In this document: one piece after another, positions 11,040 through 21,633 of the stretch
Layout of the letters: every line of letters begins with the position of its first letter
Numbering within the stretch: the first letter of the stretch is position 1
Source: Catajapyx aquilonaris
Lineage: Eukaryota
Direction of reading: 5' to 3'
DNA length: 36,633 nt
NCBI GenBank assembly: GCA_000934665.2
Contig: JYFJ02003907.1
Location: 1 to 36,633, forward strand
Notes under the pieces: generated by a model
The model's database searches: none
The model's input: the letters and a program-made list of their open reading frames with translations, nothing else
Told to the model about the DNA's origin: nothing
Position numbers and translations under genes: made by a program

Positions 11040-11715
11040 GTTAGATATCCTAATATGTGTTGCACATTTGCACTGACTGTGGCATTCTGACAGTCATAAG
11101 GGTTCAACCTTCTACACAGGAAATTCTGAGTGGCATTCCAACTTTCCTGGGCGCCATTTCCTATAACATTAAATGTTCTAGGTGACTCTTGGTGATTGAA
11201 AAAACATGCCACTCCTAGTGGATTACAATCCTATAAATAATTGACAAGATAAAGTCACTGGGGTTAAAACACTATTGCAAGTTTGTTGTCTCATGCTCAC
11301 TTACAGTTCTCATGGGAGGGGCTCAAGAGTACATATTACCACGCATAAAGCAGCATGTCGGTGTAGTCGAGGTTGACCAGATTTTAGAAGTGCATGATCT
11401 CGTGGCTCTACTGGCATGTCGGTATGAGGCGAGGTTTTCACGTATGTTATCCTTTCAGAGCTTGATATTTGCCTGAAATCGAAATCCATGAAATGGCTGT
11501 CCAAAAGGCACATTTTCCCCATTGGTACCATACAGTATATTGTTTTCAATTACAGTGTGTGGCGATAATATCTATACACTATAGGCTACTTTGCATTGTA
11601 GAATATAGAGATCACTTGACGACTTAATTCTTACTTTCATTATCCCTCACTTCATTGATTTTTTTGGAAGATTTTTTAAAGTTAAACAGAAGTTGCACAT
11701 ACTCACAGGCCTGTA

Positions 11716-12119
11716 CAATACCCTGCATTAATGACTACGCACAGATATCACCACCTGTCCAAGAATGAGCGGAATTAGGCGTCAGGGGGCTGCGTCCAAT
11801 ATACTTGGACAGCTCAATATATCGCGGTAGATTCAAACGCTTGCTACAAAGATGGATCACAGCGGATCACAGATATATCTGTAGGATGAATTATAAGGCC
11901 ATTACGATTCCTATCAATGTATTGAGGCTCTGAACCAGTTATTACACGGACCACGCGAATGCCTGTTAATCCACCGCGATATCTTGAGCTGTCTAGAGCG
12001 GTCTCATGAGCAGTCTTGAGATCAAAGTATTTTTGGACACAGGCCGGCCACCGATGCATAGTTCCGCTCAATCCCGCCAGGTGGTGATGTCTGTGCATAG
12101 CCATTAATGCAGGGTACTG
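11716..12119. mobile_element. Tc1/mariner (pogo/Tigger-like) MITE
   Basis: About 42-bp TIR CAATACCCTGCATTAATGACTACGCACAGATATCACCACCTG and its reverse complement; TA on both flanks. Confidence 0.9.
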
Positions 12120-12445
12120 TACTCGCCCATTTTTTAAATTTTTTACCATAACATTATTTTAGTATGGTACCAGAAGCATTCCAAAATAATATTGGACAAT
12201 TATGAAAGTTATGAAAATCTACCTCAGTTATTGCGGCATGCCAGCCACCCCCGGGGAATACTGGCATGCTGGTCGACCTCATTTTATAACGCTATGCCGC
12301 TTAATGTTAAGTAATACGGTAATACATGCAAGGCAGTCGTGCAGTACATCCACTCTATCCGATGGTTCAGCAAACAGGTTAACATTAAAGGTTTTCAGGA
12401 AACAATGTCTCAAAAATTCTAATTATGGGATAATACTATCTGCAG

Positions 12446-12755
12446 CAGTCCATGACACAGCTGGATGAGCAACCAGAGCCTCCTGCTGCCCCTGAGCCAG
12501 CTCCAACTCCTACTCAGACACTGTTGCAAGAATCAGAAGAGGTGACACCACCGCCACCGAAGAGAATCAGGGGAAATAATCGCCCACGACCCAAAGCTGT
12601 GCCTCGGTCAGTTCTCAAGTTGCCTGCCACCAGGAAAAAAGCAGAGAAACGAGGTGCTGCGAAGCCTGTGGAGGAAGAAGACGCATCAACTGGACTTCAA
12701 ATAAAAGAAGAGCTTGTGGAAGATGGACAGGAAAATCATGAAGGTGCAAGTGAAG
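12446..12755 (+). CDS. BTB-ZF gene exon 3 (Pro/Glu-rich linker with basic NLS-like PPPKRIR)
   Basis: TGCAG(CAG) acceptor in phase 0, open frame, donor G|GTGAG in phase 1. Confidence 0.8.
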
Positions 12756-13022
12756 GTGAGCTGAACCCCTAATGTAGTTGGATGAAATTCTTATCAGGCC
12801 AGAATATTAATCTCTTGTCAAGATTGCTGGTTACATATTTTTGTAGATGCCGTCATGTATTATCTGTAGATATTTTCAGCTTGTTATTCTGGTATTTGGA
12901 ATGATATTACTCATGTTGACATTGTGTTGTAATCTTTGAATTGCAGTATAGTACTGCAGTAAGTACTATTAATGTGCTCTGATAGTGACGCATTAATGAA
13001 GAGTGTTTGTATATTATTACAG

Positions 13023-13327
13023 CCCTGGAGATAGATATGAGCTCTGCAGATTCAGCCGGTGACACTTCCACAATAACAACTCTTCCCCAACCCACACCAT
13101 CACCAACATCGCAGACTCCAGGGGGACGCCGGAAGCAAGTGACAGCATTTTGTCCTGTTTGTGGAAAGCAGCTGAGCAACATGTACAACCTCAGAGTGCA
13201 CATGGAGATACATCAGAATCGAATCTATGCTTGCTGTTATTGTTCGCATGTCTCACGATCTAGGGATGCACTTCGGAAGCACATGGCATACAGGCATGGG
13301 AAGGTAAAGGACCCACCTGTGCCTTAA
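13023..13327 (+). CDS. BTB-ZF gene terminal exon with two C2H2 zinc fingers
   Basis: TTACAG acceptor, phase 1. CPVCGKQLSNMYNLRVHMEIH and CCYCSHVSRSRDALRKHMAYRH; TAA stop. Confidence 0.92.
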
Positions 13328-14244
13328 ATTGGGCCTGTTTGTATAGAAATGTCAGGATAGTTGCTACAACAAGGAGCAATCTAATACCAAAAATAGTCTG
13401 GTGTGCATGCATCAATTATTCAAACATCAAGACTTTGCATACTTGTTGGGAGCCAACTTTATAGGGTAGCCACATCGAAATTTTGCCTTGCTGCAGGAAG
13501 CTCATTTATTATTAGGAGCACCAGCATTTTTCAGGAAATGCCTAGCATATTAGTGGATATGAAGAATTTGATACGGTTTTACCTGCTGTAAGACTTGGGC
13601 GTTTGTGCACTTCTTCAAATGGCCTGTAACATCCATGTCCCAATCACAGTTATTTTATATCTCTTTCACCCCCACCCCGCAGCAGATGTTTCAGTAGGTG
13701 GTGTTAGCCATCAGCAATTCCAGTTAAGTGCTGCAGTTACTGAACCTGTTTAACTGGATATTGTCAGAATATGGTGCAGTTAGTATTTACAACACCATCC
13801 ATGTTTCACAAGTCCTGAAGACACATGAGTTACTAGGTGTGGCATTTGTTTAATTCGCAACACTTCTAGTAGGTTAGCTTTGTCCCAAAGTGTATTTCAT
13901 TTATGACAGCATGCCGGAAGACAAGAAACATTAGGGCTGTCCTGATAATTTTAGACATGCGAGACCTGCAAATATTCGAAGGTGAAGTGCTAGACATTCC
14001 ATGGAATCACATTATACTGAAATACACTTTCATTTTATTAATTTTTGTTATACATTATGACATGGCTGTTCAACTGGCAGGCCTCAGTTTGGATCCAGAC
14101 CCCAAGGCAATTATGCCCAGACCACTTCCATGACTGCATTTTAAAGAACTAATGTAGGAAAGTACAAGTTCATGTGTACAGACCCTCAATGCGTGCATGT
14201 GGCTTTTACTTCTTAAAGCTGCTGGATGCAAGTAGTTTCTGGAA

Positions 14245-14660
14245 TTGATTGGTTAGATTGGTTAGATTAGGAAGGAGCCAAAGCAACTATGACTCTCTGG
14301 CTATTAGAAGTTATGGAAAGTCAAAGAGAAAAAAGAAGAGAGGAAAGACTGGAATCTCTGTCTGTCTCCTACCCCAAAGATCTGTCTGGCTTGGGAGGCC
14401 ATGCCAGTAGACGCCATAGTTACCCCCGGCATAGCTATTCAGTTTTACAGGCATGTGAAGTGCTGGGTCAATGTTGGTCTGGGTCATATTGTGCTTTTTG
14501 CCCCTGGGTGGTTAGTCCAGTGCAAATCCCACCTGAAATGAAGCCAGAGATGATCTAACTCTGCATGAGATGAATGGGGGAAAGACCCTGCTTTAGGATT
14601 GAACTCAGGACCCTTCTATCCGTGGATGCATTTGTTACCACAGACCCACTTCGCTTCTTC
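14245..14660 (-). mobile_element. Diverged SINE family B copy with an RTE-like 3' half
   Basis: Minus strand reads GAGTTCAATCC B box, core GCAGAGTTAGATCATCTCTGGCTTCATTTCAGGTGG, then AGCTATGCCGG...GGCCTCCCAAGCCAGACAGATC. Confidence 0.75.
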
Positions 14661-15849
14661 TTGTTTTAAACATACCTGTGTTTATGTGAATGTATGAGGA
14701 TGGGGAAGCTTTTCATGTGGACCATCATTGAATTGGGAAATGTTGACACTGGATCTCCTCACACATTAGTTGAGTAGGCCTGTTCTACCGCCTGAAAATT
14801 CTTCCAAACGGTGGCCTGTTAGACGAATCATCAAGTTGTCAGTTTTTAATAGTGGCAAGTATAAGGGAAAATCCAACCAATGTTACAGTTATAAGTAAAT
14901 ATCATTAAAAACAAAGTTTTCAAGTACTTGGTACTCCAATGATTTTGGTTAACATTGACCCTGGACCATCATCATAGGCTGCTTTCTGCCGCTTCTCTCT
15001 AACTAAATGAGAAGTCTGTTGTGACAGTGAGTTTCCTGTAGCAGCTTAATCAATATGCCTTTTTGTGGATACCCTAACACAAAAGTTCTGACTTGTTACA
15101 TTGTTACCGCACTAATTATTTTATTTTTGCCCAGTGCCTTAGAAAAAAATCATGTTATGTAGATGTAGCATATCTTATTCAGTATGTAACTAGTCATAGG
15201 TTTATTTTTAAAAACAAAATATGATTGCATGGAATTTGTTTTCAGGACATTGTTAACATTACTGCAGGGTGAAGGGGTTTATTTAATCATGTACGATACT
15301 AAATTGAAAAATGCCTCCTTGTCAAGTTTTCTTGAAATTACTGCCATGTGAAGCTCACCAACACTGTACATAATGAGTGGACTGACAATAGAGTGCCTTT
15401 TATTACAGGAAGACAACCACTGTTCTTATGCACATGATTGTTATTGTTGGAATATGCCTTATTTTTGTAAGCTAGTCCAGAGAGCATTGTGCCTTGTGTA
15501 TAAGCATGTTAAAACATCTTGGAAAAATAGGAGGCAATAAACCAAAGAAATGGTTACTTTGTCATTTCATTTATAAAAACCCTATTTAGTGCACGTAAGA
15601 GTTCGAATGGAAAGTCATGTTCCATGCCTGATTTATTCCATGAAGTTGTGAATTCCAGTTTTCATCCCCCTTTCATAAGTATAAAGGAAACAATGCGCAG
15701 CACTACCTGCAGATGCAGCCAAACTCTCTATCTCCCTGCACCAGCAGGTGAAGTTGCAAAACATGCATTGCAACTGTCTCAGATTTAGGATGAGTCTTAG
15801 AAGTGAGGCACAGCTTGAAATGACTTGGCAATAGAACATGCAAAGGTGA

Positions 15850-16180
15850 AAGTCAACTTTGGGCTGCTATTGAACCTGAGTGATCTTATAGTTAGTGCTG
15901 CCTACCCACATTGAGTGGTTGACTTATGCAAATAGGCCAAAACAAGTATTGATATGGTTATGGGGGTAACACCACAATATTAGGAGTGAGATTAGCATAA
16001 TTTTGCAAAGATATGGAGAAGAAAAATTCCTGAAATTGTTCTTGCAAGATGCTGACACAAATGCAGCTGAGTCAAATCAAAATTTGATGGATATCATCAT
16101 TTGGTGTTTTCTGTGGGTCCCAAAGATGTCAATGTGTCATTGGTGTCAGATATTTTGATTGGTGCATTCAATTTTAATTG
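15850..16180 (+). pseudogene. Possible decayed DNA-transposase remnant (Kolobok/Mutator-like C-terminal region)
   Basis: Frameshifted fragments QLWAAIE, YGEEKFLKLFLQDADTNAAESNQNL, IIW...PK and ILIGAFNFN echo the LL..CL.G.TQN.NES.N..IW...PK...AV..FN pattern, recalled from memory. Confidence 0.35.
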
Positions 16181-16462
16181 ACTGATCAAAGCAGTTGCAG
16201 CGTGTGATGGATTCAAATAGTGCACCACAAGGCCACTTACTTACACTCTTTATACACCTTTTGGTGTGTATACTGTACCAGGAGTACGTCCACAGTTCTG
16301 AAATGTACTGTACCACTATGAAAGATGAACCCGCATTCTCACAGTTCATTGGAAAAATATGTGATGCAAATATGCAGTAATGCAATAATGTCATAATCCT
16401 GTATACCGATCCTGTCCTAAGACTTGGCTGCACGAGCAGAGGCATCAATGGTTTTCCATTAA

Positions 16463-16755
16463 CCCTGGAACCGTGCCGTGCCTGCGAGTATTACGGCAAC
16501 CGTGCTGTGGGGTCTTTTCGGACCCCACCATATTTTAATTTTTATTAATTATTATATAATACTTTTCAATGTATTAATGACTATGTACAATCATTCTTTG
16601 AACAATACCTAAAAGGATCGCTAATTCAAAATAAACCTGCACTTCCTGTTATACTGTTATACTGTAAAAAAAATGGCAAAAGTTCATCGATCATGATCAT
16701 TTTAATGCATTTTATACCTTGGGGTCCAAAAAGACCCCACGGCACGGTTCCAGGG
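16463..16755. mobile_element. piggyBac-type MITE
   Basis: TTAA on both flanks; perfect 18-bp TIR CCCTGGAACCGTGCCGTG; subterminal GGGGTC..GACCCC palindromes. Confidence 0.95.
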
Positions 16756-16902
16756 TTAAACTTACTGGTGTGAAGACATACCGGTACATTAGTTACTTGA
16801 CATGATACTGCATTAATAATTGCAGCAATACAGTACCTCCAGAGTGATATGGCTCAACTTCATCTTTTTGGCTGCAATGGTACCTTGATTATTTTAATTT
16901 CA

Positions 16903-17403
16903 TTTTCGAGCAGCGAATTTTAGACTTTTTCTCATCGAAAAAGTCTTATCACGGCTCTGTCCATCCATCTGTGGACAGGCATCAGGGCCTAAACTGCAAG
17001 AGATAGCAACAGACGGTTTTAGGGTATATAATTATGCTCCCTGGTATATTACCAGGGAGCATATAATTATATGTAGTATATACACACATACCAGTAACCA
17101 AAATAGGTTTCATGGCCAACTTCCGCTGACCGGCCACTTCCGGTTTTTCGGGTACACTATAATCCACCAAGATAAAATCTGTAGGCAGGTAATGCAGGTA
17201 ACCGTATATTGCGTTCCTTGGTAATGAGAAATGACGACACTGACAACAATATCCATGTAGTTGTTGTCCAATTAGAATAGCATCGTGTCAGCTCCCTGAT
17301 CGTGTCGTGTCGTATCGGGTTTATTGTCAGCCTCATTTCTCGCTTCCCAATGAGAAAAAGTCAACTCGAATCACGCTCATCGCGCTATTTGCCAATCTTG
17401 TTT
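16903..17403 (+). mobile_element. Helentron-associated (DINE-1/HINE-like) non-autonomous element
   Basis: 13-bp subterminal inverted repeat GACTTTTTCTCAT (16923-16935)/ATGAGAAAAAGTC (17350-17362), adjacent partial repeat (16937-16945), CTGTCCATCCATCTGT microsatellite, CTTGTTT end. Confidence 0.7.
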
Positions 17404-17699
17404 GGATGTAACTTTACAATGTACGTATAACGAGAATTTCTCTTCTTGGTTTTTCGCATTTTTCAGCAACTGCCGAAATCATTACGGCCAGTGCGTATGC
17501 TAACTAAGGGGTGTCAAGGGCATGCATGATGGATAGCCTGGAAGTGGTTAGTCATTATAGGGTGTGTCCACTGGCCACAAAATGCTTGGCGGGCGACTCT
17601 CTGTATGTCATGCTGTAGAGGCTGCCATAAAGGTCCCAGACGCCGAAACCTTCCATTGACTAGGGGATTGGGACGAGGCGTCTCTCTCCCTCTTTTATT

Positions 17700-18160
17700 T
17701 CCTTTTTCCGGAGCCTGCATTGATTGATTTGTGTCAAGGCCTCAGCTTCCTTCCTCGATAAAGAATCCTGCCCTAACCGTGCACATACACACTCCCAGCC
17801 TGCTCCGCTCGCTCCTAGGAACAAACCGAAAAATCGTTTTTCAAAATATCCGGGAAGTCTGTGCGGGTTTCTTTGGGGGCGGAAGTGACGTCATTTGCCC
17901 CCCCCNCTCAGCCCTTTCCTCCCACCCCCAACCACCCCCCGGAGAGTTTTGTGGCGATTACGATTAGTGGAATCCAAGATGGCGGAGGGCGCGGAAGCAG
18001 CAGTCCGATCGCTCCTGTTCTAATCGGTATCGCTGGTCAAATATAGGCGGAGGAAGGGAGCTGGCTGGCTGGCAGGGACCTAATCGGGAGTGGTCCTGGG
18101 CGGACTGGGGGGCAAGCATGCCGTGGAAGCCTGTTCGGGACAGGGACAAGTATGCTGTGG
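17700..18160 (+). promoter_or_regulatory. CpG-rich promoter/5' region of DOCK1/mbc with ETS-CRE composite and YY1 motifs
   Basis: GCGGAAGTGACGTCA at 17879-17893 and CAAGATGGCGG at 17975-17985. CpG is visibly denser than in downstream exons. Confidence 0.65.
18118..18160 (+). CDS. mbc: DOCK-A family Rac GEF (DOCK1/myoblast city) exon 1
   Basis: ATG-PWKPVRDRDKYAV then G|GTGAGT. Resembles the DOCK1 N-terminus (W....EKYGVA.YN) and joins exon 2 in frame. Confidence 0.85.
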
Positions 18161-19419
18161 GTGAGTTTACTCGAGGGTGACACTCCCTAGTCACAGGTGC
18201 ATGTTTATGCAACTGGGGGGGATGGCAGGTGGCACACAGGTTGCACCCGTGCTTTTGCGGAATGTCCGGCTCAGATTGCACTTCTGGAACCTCACACTTT
18301 TCAAGTTCCCACTGTGGAGATGCCCTCGCAACAACAATAGGAATCAACAGTGAAGAACATTTTCCCTGTTGTTATTCCTGTTGTTGTGTGAGGTCATCTC
18401 CATGGAAATTCGAAAAGTGGGAGGTTGTCAGATGTCCTTTGACTATACACTTCCAATTTTTTAAAGGTTACAGGTGATTGCTGCTGTTGTTGTAACTTGA
18501 TTAGCAATGCTAATAAATTATGTGATGTCATTAGGACCTTATAAAAAATGGAAGGTAGTAACGTGCTGTGCCTTGGTCGGCAGTGCTGAGATTTCTTGTG
18601 GTTTATTTTTAGTGGCAAACTGAGCTGTGAAGAGCGGAAGACTTACAGTTACCAGGATGTAAAATTAGTCTTGCCAATGAATGTAATAAAAAGTGGCCTT
18701 TCTCCCCCTCTTCGTTATAGAGCTGGAAACCATGAGGAAAAATTGAAATTTCGCTTTTTGCAAGGTGCAGTAGGACTGTAACCAAGGAAGCTCAGCAAGC
18801 AGTGGTGTTTGTAAAGTGCTAATAAGTTTGACTTATGTTAGGGTAATTCCCAATATCTGGATCACTGAGTAATTTGTGCTTGAACCAGAAGCGACTGGCT
18901 GGTGTAGTTGTAGAAGGCAATAGGTTCCGACCATGTTCATATGATGACCTGGGAAAATGAATTATTACTGTGCAGTCATGTACTTTTTAAAATCAAGACA
19001 GACTTTAGTTACTTTCCATGATAATGCAGAGGAATGAATACAATTTGTGCTGAATAACCATCCTTATTGAACTCATTGTAATATGGCTATGCAAAAATAC
19101 TACCAGAGTGATGTGATACATTGTAATCATTCTGCTGTCTGAAAGGAAAAAGCCCTTACACTAACCCATCCCCATGGGCCAGGGATGCAGGGCCCTGCCT
19201 GCTACTTTCATTCTTACCAGTTTTGTTGATATGGCTTTTTTCCTTGGGATGGCAGTATACAGCAATGTAAAGATTCTGTACTATCAGGTGAGTCATATTT
19301 TAAATTTTTTTTATTCGCTGACAATTTTAAAAGTAGGGTGCAATCAAAATATTGTGCAGTCACGTATAAAAATGTTGTATTGATGGCTGTATTGCTACAA
19401 CTTCAGTTTCCATTTTCAG

Positions 19420-19600
19420 CAATACACAACTTCCTGCAGGAGGCGGAATACAGAATCAAGTTGAATGTCGGGGATACCGTGCACATCAGGGAGGAACTTG
19501 GAGACTGGTACTTTGGCTATGCCACAGCCAACAAGGCACAGAGAGGGATCTTCCCAAAGGCATTTGTGCAGATAAGGGATTCGCATATTGACAAGACTGG
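19420..19600 (+). CDS. mbc: DOCK1/mbc exon 2 (SH3 domain)
   Basis: AIHNF...LNVGDTVHIREELGDWYFG...RGIFPKAFV; CAG acceptor, GTAAGA donor. Confidence 0.95.
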
Positions 19601-20657
19601 GTAAGACCAAAGGTTGTGCTTCTGCAATTGGTTATTGCGTTATTTGTGGAGCTACTGTAAATTTAAGGATTTTACTATGTACCTTGTCATCTAACAATAC
19701 AAAAAGAAAAATGAAACATTGTGGAGCGCTACATCATCATCATCATCATCAACAACAACATTCTGCAATTTCCTTATAAAATGGCTAGTCAGTGACAAAG
19801 ATGATAGCTAACCCCCTTTTATAGAGAAATGTCATGATCATGATGGTGAAGTGGCTCTATAGATGACTAATTCATTTTTCGTTTCTAAGATTTACAGTAA
19901 AATATGAATTTTTCAAAGCACAGCTGTTGAGAATGTGTTATAATTGATTTTAGTTATTTTAGTATTAGTTTATTTGCATTGAAAGTTCGGTCTAGTTGTA
20001 GTGTGGATGCACAAGTTTCTGATATAAAATGGCATAGCATTTGCATGTAACCTATGCACATCTTCCTGTATACTATAAATCAGCTCTAGATTATGTATTA
20101 TACCTAATACAAATGTGTATATTACATAAAAAGTAGTTACACTACAATGTAGTTCTCAGAGCACCACAAATTCAAGTTTTGTTTGTTGGTCTTCCCCTAA
20201 AAAGCCCAAGGGGCTTATCCAGGGTATCCATAAGAAATAAGTTTTGTTTGTTGGAATTTTCTGGAATGTAATTTAATTTTTTGGTTTCGTATTTTGAATC
20301 CTCATATGCAGAGGGCCAACTGTACCAGTGCATCTCATTCTTTGGGTGATGTTGCTTTGGGAAAATTATTAAATGCATTATGCTTGTAATGAGAAGTGCT
20401 AATTTCCATTGTGAGTTGTTGTACTGCCAACAGATTTCTGCAGTGACTTCCACCATCTCCAGGCAATTTTGCTCTTCGTTGTGGGTGTACTGTCTGGCAT
20501 TAGCTGTGGGGACGCAAGTGTGTGTTTCAACTATAACTGTAGGGACACTGACCCAATTGTGGGGACATTGCTGGTCCCCACAATTGATTTTACTGGTTGG
20601 TATTGCTTTAGGCATGTCCCCACAATTTGGGTTTATAAAATTCCATTTTTCTCAGCC

Positions 20658-20710
20658 TAGGTTAGTTACAGTAGGATAGGTTACGTTAGGGTAGGTTAGG
20701 TTAGGTTAGG
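20658..20710 (+). repeat. Interstitial degenerate (TTAGG)n arthropod telomere-type repeat
   Basis: TAGGTTAG...GTTAGGGTAGGTTAGGTTAGGTTAGG; resumes as GTTAGGATAAACTAGG at 21131-21146. Confidence 0.85.
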
Positions 20711-21130
20711 TCAGCATAGTCGATTGAGAGTTTCAGTGGACCTTATCGTATGTCACGAAACGAAACTCCGTGGGCCCCGAAGAAGCATACCGAAGTGGTG
20801 ATTGGACCGGTGGTTCCCCCTGCTATCGTCTACCCAGTCTGTACGTTTTGTCTCCCGATACGGGTGGGGTGATAGCGGCACACGATACCCATGCCGATGA
20901 CCGAAACCATCGCACTGCTACCACCTTAACCTAGATGAGGCGGTGTGCACGTTGCCGCATGTGGGTGCAGGACTAACAGTGCAAGGGTTGGTAGCGTACA
21001 AGGGTTGGTAGCGTACTAGCTCACCTGACACCTGAAACACTCCTACCGTGTCAAACGATACGCTTTCAGGCGGGGCGGAGCTGCGATGCGTTCGTCTTTC
21101 GTTACGTGTCGGAAAACGGATCCCCTTTAT
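20711..21130 (-). mobile_element. CpG-rich structured insert inside the TTAGG array (putative non-LTR retroelement 3' UTR or derivative)
   Basis: Sharp composition change, TTAGG units on both sides, and several hairpins that need G.U pairs on the minus strand. Confidence 0.55.
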
Positions 21131-21475
21131 GTTAGGATAAACTAGGTTTGCAAGGGTGTGTTATCCATGTCCCCACAGCTAATGCCGTACAAGACTGGAT
21201 GCGTGTGTGGGTGTGTGCATGAGGGGGGGAGGGGGAGAGAGTATTGTATTGTCCTAAATGGTCAGAAATTAGGTGTACTTGGAATGGTATGCCAGGTGAT
21301 AAGGAAGCTGCAGTGTATTCATGAATATACAGTATTATACCAACTGCATGCTTCCTTTCTCACAACCAAGAATAGAACGGTCCATAATTCTAGTGGGAGA
21401 TTTGCTGGTGGTGTAGTAATGAGCATTCTTTTTGTACATGCTAGAAACTTACATTGTAATGTTGCTCACTTTTAG

Positions 21476-21572
21476 ACCAAATGAAGTGATAATTCCACGC
21501 CAACCTCCAATAGTGCAAGAAATTACTACAGTTCTTCGAGAATGGGGCCACCTACTGAAGAGACTATATGTT
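21476..21572 (+). CDS. mbc: DOCK1/mbc exon 3
   Basis: PNEVIIPRQPPIVQEITTVLREWGHLLKRLYV; TAG/GTAAGG, phase 2 to 0. Confidence 0.93.
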
Positions 21573-21633
21573 GTAAGGACTGATGTTTCATTAATAGGTG
21601 GCCAGTGAACTAACTCTCCCTTACTTGTGGCAG

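Larger units (their letters stand above)
20496..21186. mobile_element. TIR element carrying an internal TTAGG array
   Basis: Perfect 18-bp TIR GGCATTAGCTGTGGGGAC/GTCCCCACAGCTAATGCC; repeated subterminal TGTGGGGAC motifs. Confidence 0.8.

Noticed and set aside
13400..16400. Alternative zinc-finger 3' exons of the lola/broad/fru type
   Set aside because: No additional CxxC...HxxxH coding segment was found by eye or in the ORF track.
20658..20720. Telomerase RNA template candidate (CCTAA repeats next to structured RNA)
   Set aside because: A template is about 1.5 repeats internal to the RNA. Here many degenerate repeats flank both sides inside a TIR element, with no snRNA-type promoter recognised.
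20893..20912. CCGATGA-CC-GAAAC resembling a minimal hammerhead ribozyme core
   Set aside because: The core has CC instead of CT and no stem II. It is simply the complement of a minus-strand TTCG hairpin.
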